Source: Oopsacas minuta
Taxonomy: Eukaryota; Animalia; Porifera
Length of the DNA stretch: 64,000 bases
Assembly: GCA_024704765.1 (NCBI GenBank)
Contig: JAKMXF010000066.1
Coordinates: 1 to 64,000 of the forward strand
Direction of reading: 5' to 3'
Position 1 is the first letter of the stretch. Each line of letters starts with the position of its first letter. The notes under the pieces were generated by a model, which was not told the DNA's origin, made no database searches, and was given only the letters and a program-made list of their open reading frames with translations. Made by a program: the position numbers and the translations under genes. Of the stretch, positions 34,031-44,969 are shown in pieces.

Positions 34031-37000
34031 GTGAACGAATGGGAGGTGCATTATTCGCTCAAGAACCAGCCGGTGATAGCTGTTGGGAAGAAAGGGGGAG
34101 CTATCAACCAACTAGATTGTGCTAAAGGCCTTGCTTTATATGAACCCGCTCAGCTTATATACATAGCTGATAATGGTAACTCGAGTATTCAAGTTTTTAA
34201 ATTCGAGGGGAACTTTGTAACAAGTTTCGGACAAGAAATAGTCAAGAAGCCATGGGGTATAGCCGTAACAGAACACCTTGTCTTAGTTACCGACTTTTTT
34301 TCACTCTTTGTTCCAATTCAACGATTTCAAAATAGAGTGGACTGGTACCGGTATCATAGGATCAGGAGTAGGGTTTTTAATCCCGGGAATCCCTTGATAA
34401 ATGATGATAGTTATCTCTCTAGCAATTTTAAATTTGTTTAATTATATGATAGTCTGATAGAATGAAAGTATAATATAGGGGTACATAGGGGGTACAAGAT
34501 GAATATGAATGAGTAATAAGTTTATTTAGTCTATCATCAATTTTTTCTTGTTGGCCCTTATGAATGCTAGCGTATCCAAAGTGCTATCACTGAGTCTTGT
34601 TCTAAATTTGTTACATAAATATGCCGAACAAGAAAATGCTCGTTCGGCTTCGACTGAGGTTGCAGGTATTGTTAGTAGCATTTGATATACCTTTTCCAAA
34701 TGATATCCTCGTTTCCTGTCAGTTCTCCAATAGTAAGTTCATATTTCAATATATTGAATAATTAATGTTGAACTTGTATATCTTCTGGCTTTTTCATCGA
34801 TGCGTCTATCGCTAATTGTAATCTTTTTACGAGGGAGATATCATCTAGGTCAGATATGCTTTCAGCCGTATTAGGTGAGTAAGGTACCATTGATACTTCT
34901 TCACTCACATGTTCCTCATCTTCAATTCCTTTCCTTCGAGTTCTTGATAACAAATCAGCACAAAATGTGTTTACTACAGTCTTTTTTACAAGTCGTGCCG
35001 AAGGATTATGTAGGTATTGAAGTATCGCTGAAACTTCAGTGTACCTCTCTTGAACCATCCGCTGGCTTAGTGCCTCCAGGATTTGTGCATGATAATGTGT
35101 GTTAGATTTCTGAATATCTTCCAATAGAAATTTTATAGTTGCTTCTGCTGTAATTAAATTTGTATCTCTTCTACATAGAGCTTCTAAAGCAATCTTCAAC
35201 TATAGAAGAGATAGCCGCAATTTCTTGGTCGCTAAGGCATATATGTTCACCAAAATCTAACAGAGCTTTATGTATTGGTAATTTGATCTGAATTATCCTC
35301 TCGAGCATATTCACAAGTGAGCTCCATCGAGTCTTACAATCAAGAACCACATTCAGCCCATTTGGATAAATCTCTTTCACATACGTTTGCAATGTTTCAT
35401 TCTTCAAAGGTGATCGCTTGAATATTTTCACAATTCTACGTACTTTGGTTACTATTTTGGAGATGTCAAAATTTAATGCAAGAGCATTCTGAGGGTCCAT
35501 CGATTCCGAAACAATGAATCCATCATCATTAAAATCATCAAACATTTCCATATCTTCATCTTCATCTTCATCGGTTTCACTTGTACTAGAATAAATTTCT
35601 TCAGTTTCACTAAGTTGTTTTTGATAGATAACGTCTTGTATTACATCCTGGAGTCCATGTGCGTAGCATAACTGCTGACTTGTGGGTATTATTTTCCCCA
35701 ACTTCTTCATCATTGAACACCCGTCTGTTGTGATAGAAATGACATCTGTTTCGAATTCTATTCCAAATTCTTTTAGTTTAAGTGAGATTATCTTGGAACA
35801 AGCCTCTGAAGAAAATCTTCCCTTAATCCTTACCAATCCTAAGTTCCAAAAGAACCCAATGCCATGTATATTAATATTGAGATATCTTTTGTTTTGCAAG
35901 GATGTCCATTCATCAAGGGTAAGACTGAAATATTGACCTTTTGATTTAATAATGCTTAGATTTCTGGTAATATCTTGGCGTAATTGCTGACCATATTCTA
36001 GCACTTGATCTCTTATTCCGACAACAGATCTTGGTAATGAATGTCCTAGTGCAGCAAGAGGTTTTCTCAAGTCCATTGATGTAGTAAATATATTAAATGA
36101 AAGCCCATCGCAGCTGTCATCCTGGCTAACACAGCTGGTAGGCTAGCGTCGTTCATGTAATAATCTAATTTCCTAACCGCACACATATGTGAGATAGCAC
36201 TTTCTTCATTATTTGAGCGTTTCAATAAATCAATTTGGTGCTGTGATTTAAGATGATTGCGTAGCCCCTTTGTTGATCCCCCTTCCCATTTAAGTACCTT
36301 TTTACAGGAATTACACTCAGCTAATTTCCCACTTACCGAGCGCTTAAAATGGTTCCGAATTTTAGATCCTGCAAACTCTTGAAACATAACTTTTTCAGCC
36401 ATTCAAGGTACGATATAACGATAATGCAACAATTACGATTCAGAATGAAATTGAGGCTTTTCTGAGGATTCACCTTATATTTGAAGTTTGAATAGTTAGA
36501 ATGGTTGAGTTGTACCTTACAAGTTTGCTTGAATTCTCTGACTTGTTAAGCATTTATTAATTTTGGTGTCTTATTCATATTGAAAACATATTTCATTCAG
36601 TATTAACAATACGAAACCAATTAAATCCCTAAATCATTTCAACCCAATTACACAAATGTACATAATGATCATAGAGCATGTCAATATGCAATCAAGAAGA
36701 TATCCCGGGATTGAAGAAACAATCCCGGGAATTAGTCCCGAAACAATAACCTTCGGGATCCCGGGATTAAAAACCCTAATCAGGAGAGGGAGAGCTAAAC
36801 TTTCCTACAGGACTCTGTACAGACTATAATGGAAACGTGTATGTTGCTGATTGTGACAATAAGCAACATACACATCGGTACTCATCAGCTAAATTCTCCT
36901 AAGGATGTCAAATTATTTCAAGAAAGGATCGTAGTGCTAGACTCCAGTATTAATATGATACACTTCTACTCGAGAAGTGGGCAATTGATAACCTCGTTGA

Positions 37001-37251
37001 GTTTTCAGGTACACTATGCAGTTTGTTTTCCATGTTTCTTCTGTTTTGATCAAGCAGGGAATATTCTTATTAGCGATAATTTTCATCAGGATATCAAGAT
37101 ATTCTCTCTTTCAGGAGAAATGATCCATACCATGGGGAGGAAAGGAAAAAAAAGAGGGGAATTTGCTTTTCTATTTGGTGTTTGTATTTCTGAATTCGGA
37201 ACTATATTTGTTATAACTAATAATAGTAATTTCTGTTTACAAATATTTTAA
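34031..37251 (+). pseudogene. NHL-repeat beta-propeller gene (TRIM71/NHL-like), interrupted by a hAT element and frameshifted
   Basis: YIADNGNSSIQVF, KKPWGIAV, FDQAGNILISD, GKKRGEF..LFGVCI repeats. Removing 34369-36786 restores GSGEGELNFPTGLCTDYNGNVYVADCDNK. Extra T in the 34295-34301 run and another shift near 36860. Confidence 0.85.
34369..36778 (-). mobile_element. Full-length (2410 bp) hAT DNA transposon with defective transposase
   Basis: Perfect 20-bp TIR TAGGGTTTTTAATCCCGGGA; 8-bp TSD ATCAGGAG (34361-68 and 36779-86); subterminal TCCCGGGA repeats. Transposase 36402 to 34526: BED finger (CNSC...HLKSQH), LTLDEWTS, CYAHGLQ, KTRWSS, IPATSVEAERAFS; at least three frameshifts and one stop. 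Confidence 0.96.
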
Positions 37252-38331
37252 TTTGTGTGTTATTAAAGATTAAATTCCCTAATTTGTAATTCTAATAATT
37301 ATCACTTATATTTAATCATATTTTACGTAATTAAGCTTTTATTAAATATCAAATTTACTTAATTTGGATTTTTACTTATCTAGGAGAATCTTATTATAAA
37401 TAATACGATCGTCATCTGATTCACGAATGTTCGAATTTTCATTTATAATTGATATTACGATTATACGAATCTATATTATTAAATTGCTATTTTTGTCTGT
37501 CTGTTTGTCCGCTGTTAAAGAGAGGATTTATGGATTGTTGTATTGTACGAATTTCGCACTTCAAGGTACTCATGTGTAAATAACAGTTCTTATGAATATA
37601 TTCAAGGCACGAAGGGCTGTGTTACATGCCAACGCAGAGTGTTCGCAAGCCGAGAACGAAATTTTCCTTTTTGTGTCTCAATAAAGCATCGGATTATTGA
37701 GACACAAAAGGAGGCGTCGTAAAATTACCGGTTCCACCCTCTTAGCTGAGAGGTTTATGATGAGGAAGGATAAGTAGGTATATTCATCAGATGTTTAGGG
37801 TCTGATATCGCCAATAGTCATAACGGTTCAGATACTCTGTTCGAGAAATGTCAACAGCGTACTAGCGTAATTGTCCCATCCCTACAAGAAAGTTTAGGAA
37901 TGACAACTGGGGTTGCCTGTCGCTAGTGTGACAAATGGTATCACTGACCATGTATCTTCTGTGACCTATGTAAGGACTCTTAGTATTATTTGGTTATCTT
38001 TTAGAAATTGGATTTGTATTGTTTGATCATTTGTTTGTTTATTTGTTTGTTTGTGAGTTAATGAAGAGATATACAGCTCTTCAATTAGACCACATTTAGC
38101 CATTCGGATATGGCCCCATGCCTGACTCAGCACATCAACATTTCATCTGAGCATTATGTTCATAATCCTGTGTTGGGATTGAGTTTAGAAAATTCCCAGC
38201 TTTCTAAAAGTTCTATTACCGTAGAACTTAGTTATTGTGTGCTACTTGTTATTAATACACTCAACCCTAAAATTTAGTTCACATTCACTAATGCAATCCT
38301 TATTCAGATAAGACGTATGTACTCTCAGGTA

Positions 38332-38461
38332 CGGTAACCTCCGTTATAACCAAGTGATTATTTACCCCCTATAGCTATAGCTAGAAAGTGATTGATTTCT
38401 CTCCGCTTATAACAAAATGAAAATGAGGTCCCCAGCACTTCGTTATAACCAGAGTTTACTG
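38332..38461. mobile_element. TA-flanked pogo/Tigger-like MITE
   Basis: TA|CGGTAACCTCCGTTATAAC ... GTTATAACCAGAGTTTACTG|TA; related fragments at 24325-24425 and 49568-49835. Confidence 0.7.
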
Positions 38462-38563
38462 TACTTTTATTTCCCGAAGGGTGTACGTCTTATCCAAGCT
38501 CTACTGTAGTTTGCTATGATAAGACTAGTCGTGAGTGTTGAATTGAAATGCCTGCAATACTAT

Positions 38564-39041
38564 CAGTGGCGGCCATAGGATATTGGGGGCCCTTGTGCAA
38601 TGTTTTACTTGGGCCCCCCTTCTCAATTATAAAAATCACGATGCAAAATTATGCACATGGCACATGCATAACAAGGAGCAGATCCAGGATTTATCTAGGG
38701 GGTCCAAGCGCGAGCTATCCTAAGGGGGTGCCCCCAGAATTTATTTAAATTATTTAGACACTGAAATAGCGATCTAAAGACATTTCTACCACAAATAGAG
38801 AAATACATTTCAATTCTTGTAGTAGTCATATCCTATGTTTATTGACTAATGTAATTTCAAATTTCATGAATACACAAATCAGCTAAACTATTATCTATAC
38901 TCAACCTAGAATAAAGGTTGACCTGGGATTTTGTGGGCCCAATCATTCCCCAAAATCTCGGTTAATCTCCTCTCCTTCCAAATGATCTCTTTGGGGACCC
39001 TGTGCACCGCACACCCTGCGCACCCCATTTGGCCGCCACTG
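38564..39041. mobile_element. hAT MITE, 478 bp
   Basis: 12-bp TIR CAGTGGCGGCCA; perfect 8-bp TSD AATACTAT (38556-63 and 39042-49). Confidence 0.9.
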
Positions 39042-39217
39042 AATACTATTCTCATTTTAGTACAACTCCTATAGGGAGATCTGCAAATGGCATGTAGTGG
39101 CGTAACCATTGGCTTTGTCCTCATTATCCTTTGAACCTTTATTCATAACAGTGGTTTCCCCAGTAAATGATCACTAATATTCGCTACACTATTTGGTTTT
39201 GTAGATTTCTATTACAA

Positions 39218-41338
39218 ATGGACTATTCATCTTCTACTCCGAAGAAGAAGAAGAGAGATCAGAATTTAGTTCGTTCTATCGAGGCTGATTTAGATCGTCT
39301 GAGGGATGAGGTGTTACGAACTCGTGAAGAATTAGAATATGAGAAGACAATCCGTAGAACTGCTGAAGAGCAATTGAACCAAGCTAGTCAACATAAGTTT
39401 TCAGATTCTCAGAGTCTAGAGGCAAAACTACAGCAAATGCAATCACAATTGGAAGATTCTAACATGGCAGTAGCTAAGTTATCAGCTGAGAAAGCTGACC
39501 TAATGATTCAGTTGGAGTTGACCGGAAGTGATCTGGTAGCAGCTGAGGCTAAACTTAGAAAAATGCAGAAAGATCATTCAACTAACTTACAGGATAAATC
39601 TGAGTTATTGGAGGAAATCAATCAGTTGGTTGACGTCATGAACTCTGAGAAGAGCAAGTATGAGCAGGAATTAGCCGAGCTGAGTAAATTACGAAATGAT
39701 AATTCTAACAAATTACGGAATAAGAATGAAGCAGTAGAGGAATATCAGAGAGAGATCGGAGATAGAGATGTCATATTAAAGAGACTTCAATTTGAGTCTG
39801 AGGCTTTGAAGACAAAACTTGATGATTCTATCCTTGTATCTGATAACCAGAAATTGAAAATCAAAGAATTAGAGAAGATAGAAGTAGAACAAACTTCTCT
39901 GAGAGACAACCTATCTCAACTTAGAAAACTAAATAAGGAATTGGTGGAGACTAACAATAGACTTCTAGAAAATAAGAATCAGCTGTTTGATCATACTATT
40001 CAGGCGGAGCAACAAGAAGCACTCATTTTGAGTCTGAAGGAAGATAAGCTAACTGCTGAGAGGCAAACCCATCGTTTACAGGAACAACTACACTCAAAAG
40101 AGATGGGGATTGAAGATTTAGAGTCTAAGCGTTTGAATACTATGCAGAAGGAGGTGGAACAACTGGCTAGCAGCCTGGGGGAGCTAATGGCTGCTAATAA
40201 CAATCAACAGAATGTAATCTGCTCTCTCCATGATAGTGTTAGGAAGAAAGATACACAATTATCTAATTTGAAATCTTTTAAACAGGATTGTGAAGCTACA
40301 ATAGCTAAGCTACGTTCTGAGTCTTCTGCATTACAGTCTCAACTGTTAGAAGTAGAAACTAACGATGTTAGAGTACATTTACAATCAGAACTAGCTTCAC
40401 TGAATAAGTTGAGAAGCGAGGATGAAGAGAAAATGAAATGTATTATTAGTCAGAATAGAACTATTGAGAATCAGAAACAAGAAGTTATAAAAAGTTATTC
40501 TAAATTAGTGGAAGAGAATAATAAGAGATCTCTACAGCTTAGCAAACTTAAACAAAGAGCTAAACAGCAAGAGACAGAAAACACAACTCTCAAAGATAAG
40601 TTACTACAATCTGAAACTGTAATGCGGACACAATCTAACGATATAGACAACTTGAAGGAAGCTCTTAAAATACAAAGCAATCGAAAAACCTCTGTGACAA
40701 CCAGACCTGAGAAATCTACATATTCAGCTCCCTCTGTTACAGGCAAGAGATCATCTTCAAGTCACTCCATAGACTACTCCTCTGGTGACAGAGAACTGCT
40801 CCAGGAGCTCCAAAACCTAAGAGCTTCTTATCATGAAATGCAAAGTGTCTGCAAACAGCTGGAGCATCAGCTGGCTGATGAACGGAGTCAGAAAGATAAC
40901 ATGTTTGACTCCAATCAACTACAACAGATCGAGAGACCCGCGAATGAAGGAGTCCGTACTGAACAGAACATGACAGATACTCACGTTTGGTATCAGGATA
41001 GGATTTATAATTTGGAGAATGAGTTGGCAATTGCTAAATGTTCATCGGAAAATCTTGCTAAGGCCAACAAATTTTACGAAATAAATTTGGAAGATGAGAG
41101 TCAGAAGAGAATCAATCAAGGACAAGAAGCACGTAAACTAATGCAGGAGAGTAGAGAAACAATTCGCGAGCTTAGAGAACGCACCAGTCAAGCCGAAGAT
41201 GACCAAACTCATTCTCAGAGAGTAATTTCTCAGTTATCTCAGAGGCTAATCAAGTCTATACAAGACTACAAATATCTACAGGAAATATCTATGACAAGAT
41301 GTCAGGAGTTAGCTCTAGAGGCTAAACCAAAGATGTAA
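39218..41338 (+). CDS. Long coiled-coil protein, unknown family; possibly exon 1 of the gene continuing at 50955
   Basis: About 700-aa E/K/Q/L-rich ORF with heptad character and an N-terminal basic cluster PKKKKR. It ends in AT|GTAACA, which is either a stop or a splice donor. A possible acceptor lies at 39203-04. Confidence 0.8.
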   Translation: MDYSSSTPKKKKRDQNLVRSIEADLDRLRDEVLRTREELEYEKTIRRTAEEQLNQASQHKFSDSQSLEAKLQQMQSQLEDSNMAVAKLSAEKADLMIQLELTGSDLVAAEAKLRKMQKDHSTNLQDKSELLEEINQLVDVMNSEKSKYEQELAELSKLRNDNSNKLRNKNEAVEEYQREIGDRDVILKRLQFESEALKTKLDDSILVSDNQKLKIKELEKIEVEQTSLRDNLSQLRKLNKELVETNNRLLENKNQLFDHTIQAEQQEALILSLKEDKLTAERQTHRLQEQLHSKEMGIEDLESKRLNTMQKEVEQLASSLGELMAANNNQQNVICSLHDSVRKKDTQLSNLKSFKQDCEATIAKLRSESSALQSQLLEVETNDVRVHLQSELASLNKLRSEDEEKMKCIISQNRTIENQKQEVIKSYSKLVEENNKRSLQLSKLKQRAKQQETENTTLKDKLLQSETVMRTQSNDIDNLKEALKIQSNRKTSVTTRPEKSTYSAPSVTGKRSSSSHSIDYSSGDRELLQELQNLRASYHEMQSVCKQLEHQLADERSQKDNMFDSNQLQQIERPANEGVRTEQNMTDTHVWYQDRIYNLENELAIAKCSSENLAKANKFYEINLEDESQKRINQGQEARKLMQESRETIRELRERTSQAEDDQTHSQRVISQLSQRLIKSIQDYKYLQEISMTRCQELALEAKPKM

Positions 41339-43742
41339 CATATATTTTACAAACACTCCAGAGACACTTCTATTTTCAATTCCAATCATACTTCCTCCAC
41401 TCAGCCTCATTGGGTATTCTTGTTAACTTTATTACTCTATCAGTTTAATATTATTATATCACTTAATATGCCAGTATATATTATTATGAATATAGACCTC
41501 TATCTTTTCCGGTATCAGGTCCAGTCTTGAGGTTACTTTTATATTTTATTTTTCTAGACTATAAATCAGTAGATTGTATGGTTTACTTGTTGTGAACGTT
41601 CTAAAGAGCTACGTATATTTGTGTTAATACCGCTTTCCATCCCTGACTGTTCTTCTCTATCCACCCAATCTCAGACACAACTCATGTTGAATTACGGTTT
41701 TGACCATGAATATGCTATATTTGCTATTACACCACAGATTCTATGAGTATTTTGGATTCTACTTTAGAATACTTACACTATGGAACCTGGAAATAATCCT
41801 ACTCTGGATCTGAGTACGTACGTCTCTAACCGGATTATATATTGAAAAGGCATTGGAAGGTTGCTAACTGCTAAATGTGTACTCCTTTCCTCAGAGTTAC
41901 ATGTTACTCGTCTTGTGTTAATCGGCTGTGTAAGGGTGATACCTTTGGTCACCTTATACCTATATGCAATGGCAGAGGTAAGTTTATATGCGTTTTATGA
42001 GATTTTTGTTTATTACAAGCGCATTTTCATTGGTTTAGCGCAGCTCATAAAAGGGGATGCACTAATGGCATAGACGTTGTGCGACGTCCGCGCGGCCGTG
42101 CAAAATAAACCCTCTTGGTAAACACTAAAACTGTTGCTATACGTATATGCCAAAGTATGTTGCACAACTGTAACTAATATAAAGTAGTTATGTATAAGTA
42201 CGAATGCATTCCTACTGATTCCTAAGGTACAAGAAATCTCATACACCAACACTCATCTAGAACTTGTTGCCCACCAGATTGAATTTGTGCTCCCCACACG
42301 ACGCCACTGTTAAATTGGCCACATTGGTCAAAATGCCATTGAATATCAACCTGACCAAAACATGACGTAAAATACCTCTGTGGCTATAGTGTGGCCAATG
42401 GCTTACTTAATACACCGCAGTGTATGTCACCGAGTAGGTCAAAAAATATATGCCCAATTTACTTGTTTAATTTTAAGACAAACTAACGCTCTTTCCATTT
42501 GCCAGTTAAACTTTCTAGGGGTTTCCGTATGTGAATAATTCATTGAAGTAATAAGTTCTAATGACGGTAATCCTTCATTTGGTTAGTTAGGCTCTTTTAA
42601 AATTATACATTAATATTTATATGATTGTTCCTCAAATTTTGAAATTTTCGATTTTTGAGAATTTAACTTATAAAAATTCATTTTACAAATGAAAACCTAA
42701 ACACAATTTAATTAAACTACAGTTATCCCTCACACATACCAACACCAGGATTTCTTAACCTGTGGTCATATGACCAATACACGGCCGTGTATGTCACCAG
42801 AGGCCAAAAAATAGAAGGCGATTTAGTTTTTGAATTTATAAACAAACTAATGCTCTTATCATTTGTCAAATGAACTTTCTAGGGGTATCCGTATATTAAG
42901 AATTTATTGAGACTACTTTTGCAAGTTCTTACGGTCATTCATATGGTTTAGGCTCTATTTAATGATGACGTCACCATTCTAAATAATATGTAATTTGTAT
43001 ATACACTATGATAATAATGTGATTTTGAATTGAAACAATTTTTGCACAACAATGAATTTATCCCACAATTTGATGTAGAATTCAACCATTGAGTCCAATT
43101 TTCAGAAACTGAAAGTTACAAATTCATAGATGTATTTTGTTACTATGACTGCTTTTGACCATATTTGTACGATTACTATCCATGGCCAGCATAACTGGTC
43201 CCCATCCAGACAGTCTAGTCATGACTGGAGCAATACATTTGCCTGTACGAATCTGCCTTAGCTGCCTATTGATCTATTCTCCTACTACACCAATGATTCG
43301 GTAGAATTGTGACCCATAGGTACGAGTTACACTCACTCGGTTGGACTATTTCAAAGCTCTTTGAATTAGACACGCCATAGTTTAAAATTAAGTCATGTTA
43401 ATATATATGACGAGGCCTTATCAACCATGCTATTCTAATGCCCTTGTTATATATATGTATTGTAATAAATATCTTATTGATTACATCTGAGCATTGTACT
43501 TGAGATTGGGAAAGCATGAGCATTACTTATTATGTAATATCTAATACTTATCTTTATCTAAAATATCCAGATCGAATCGAAGTATATATTCTTACTTGAA
43601 TAATGATGGAATTATGCAAATACGATGGAATAATCCCTGAGAAATTAGTGGTTTATCTATCAGTGCAATCTGAAAGTAACTAATAGGTGTATTATATAAA
43701 TTGGAGAAATCGAGAGATGAGCTAAGTATACTTTTATCGAAA

Positions 43743-44852
43743 ATGTCAGATCAGTTGCTGCGTATATCCTTTTTCATAATGATAAGTATTACCTCATTGT
43801 TACTAACAATCGTGTTTTGTTTTTGGTTTGTGTATTTGTTTGATGCAGTACAACGTAAATGGAGAATTTATAGAAGAGCCTTGAAGAGTTTCCGACAAAA
43901 CAAATGTGAAATTCATCAACAAATTATTATATACGAATCTAAAACAGAATTTGTTAAGAATGTTTTCCTCTTTTATATGAATTTGGTGGAATGGCTAGCG
44001 ATACTTTTCGGTTGTCTAGCATATATGCTTAATTTCATACAGTACATCATCCAGGATGAAACTCTCAAGTATAGTAGTGATAATGTTACCTCCAGGTTCC
44101 CCTTGAATCTATTGTTTATCACTACTAACAGAATACCTTATAGCCTGCTCACTATAAATATCTTTCCTACTTATTCAGCCATTTTTATTGTCCTAAGATT
44201 AATTCTAATCGCAAGTCTCTGTAAGTATTTAGCAGCGAGATATGCTCACGTCAGCTGGATAATAGCAGATAAAATTCCATTTTTGCTGTGTTTCTTTTTG
44301 TTTATCTCGATAATCATTCAGTTCCTTGCATCTCATTGTTCTGTCCATATCTTTGCATCATGGTGCTCCTGTCTATTAGAAATGATATCACTGTTAATTG
44401 CTTTCAAACAGTATCGAAGGCTAAGCATGGTATTAAATTGGTCAATTGTTGATTTGAAGGTTAGGCAGAATAAAGAATTGCTTGAGAAACATATTGGAAC
44501 AAAGGCAAGGTACATCAGATTATTCACATGTTTTTGGATAGGAAGTTTTCTAGTTATAGTTTCTCGAATAAGTGAAAGTATAGCATTCATGATGATAGTA
44601 ATACTTCGCAACACTGATACATCCCATGGATACTTCTCCCTTTGTAGGAACTCAAACTTTCTTAACCACATGTCTTATGATATTATTGCTATCTCATCTT
44701 GGGTTTGTTTACTTCTAGGGGTATTTGGATATTTATTTCTTATTATCCCTTATCTTGGATTTGGACTATCAACAATGTTTGTCGTTCTATGGCGATTGCA
44801 CAAAGGGAAATCTAATTATCAGGTGCGATATCAGAATATTCTCCACGTATAA
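43743..44852 (+). CDS. Orphan multi-pass (about 7 TM) membrane protein, single exon
   Basis: Seven hydrophobic segments in 369 aa; no DRY, NPxxY or other GPCR family signature recognised. Confidence 0.75.
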   Translation: MSDQLLRISFFIMISITSLLLTIVFCFWFVYLFDAVQRKWRIYRRALKSFRQNKCEIHQQIIIYESKTEFVKNVFLFYMNLVEWLAILFGCLAYMLNFIQYIIQDETLKYSSDNVTSRFPLNLLFITTNRIPYSLLTINIFPTYSAIFIVLRLILIASLCKYLAARYAHVSWIIADKIPFLLCFFLFISIIIQFLASHCSVHIFASWCSCLLEMISLLIAFKQYRRLSMVLNWSIVDLKVRQNKELLEKHIGTKARYIRLFTCFWIGSFLVIVSRISESIAFMMIVILRNTDTSHGYFSLCRNSNFLNHMSYDIIAISSWVCLLLGVFGYLFLIIPYLGFGLSTMFVVLWRLHKGKSNYQVRYQNILHV

Positions 44853-44969
44853 TACATGTATATATGTCGTCCTTTTAAAATTAAGTTTGTAATATAATTA
44901 AATTTACTTGTATATTTAAGTAATACGAATTAATAAACCTTTATACTACTGTGACGTTTCCTAATATTA

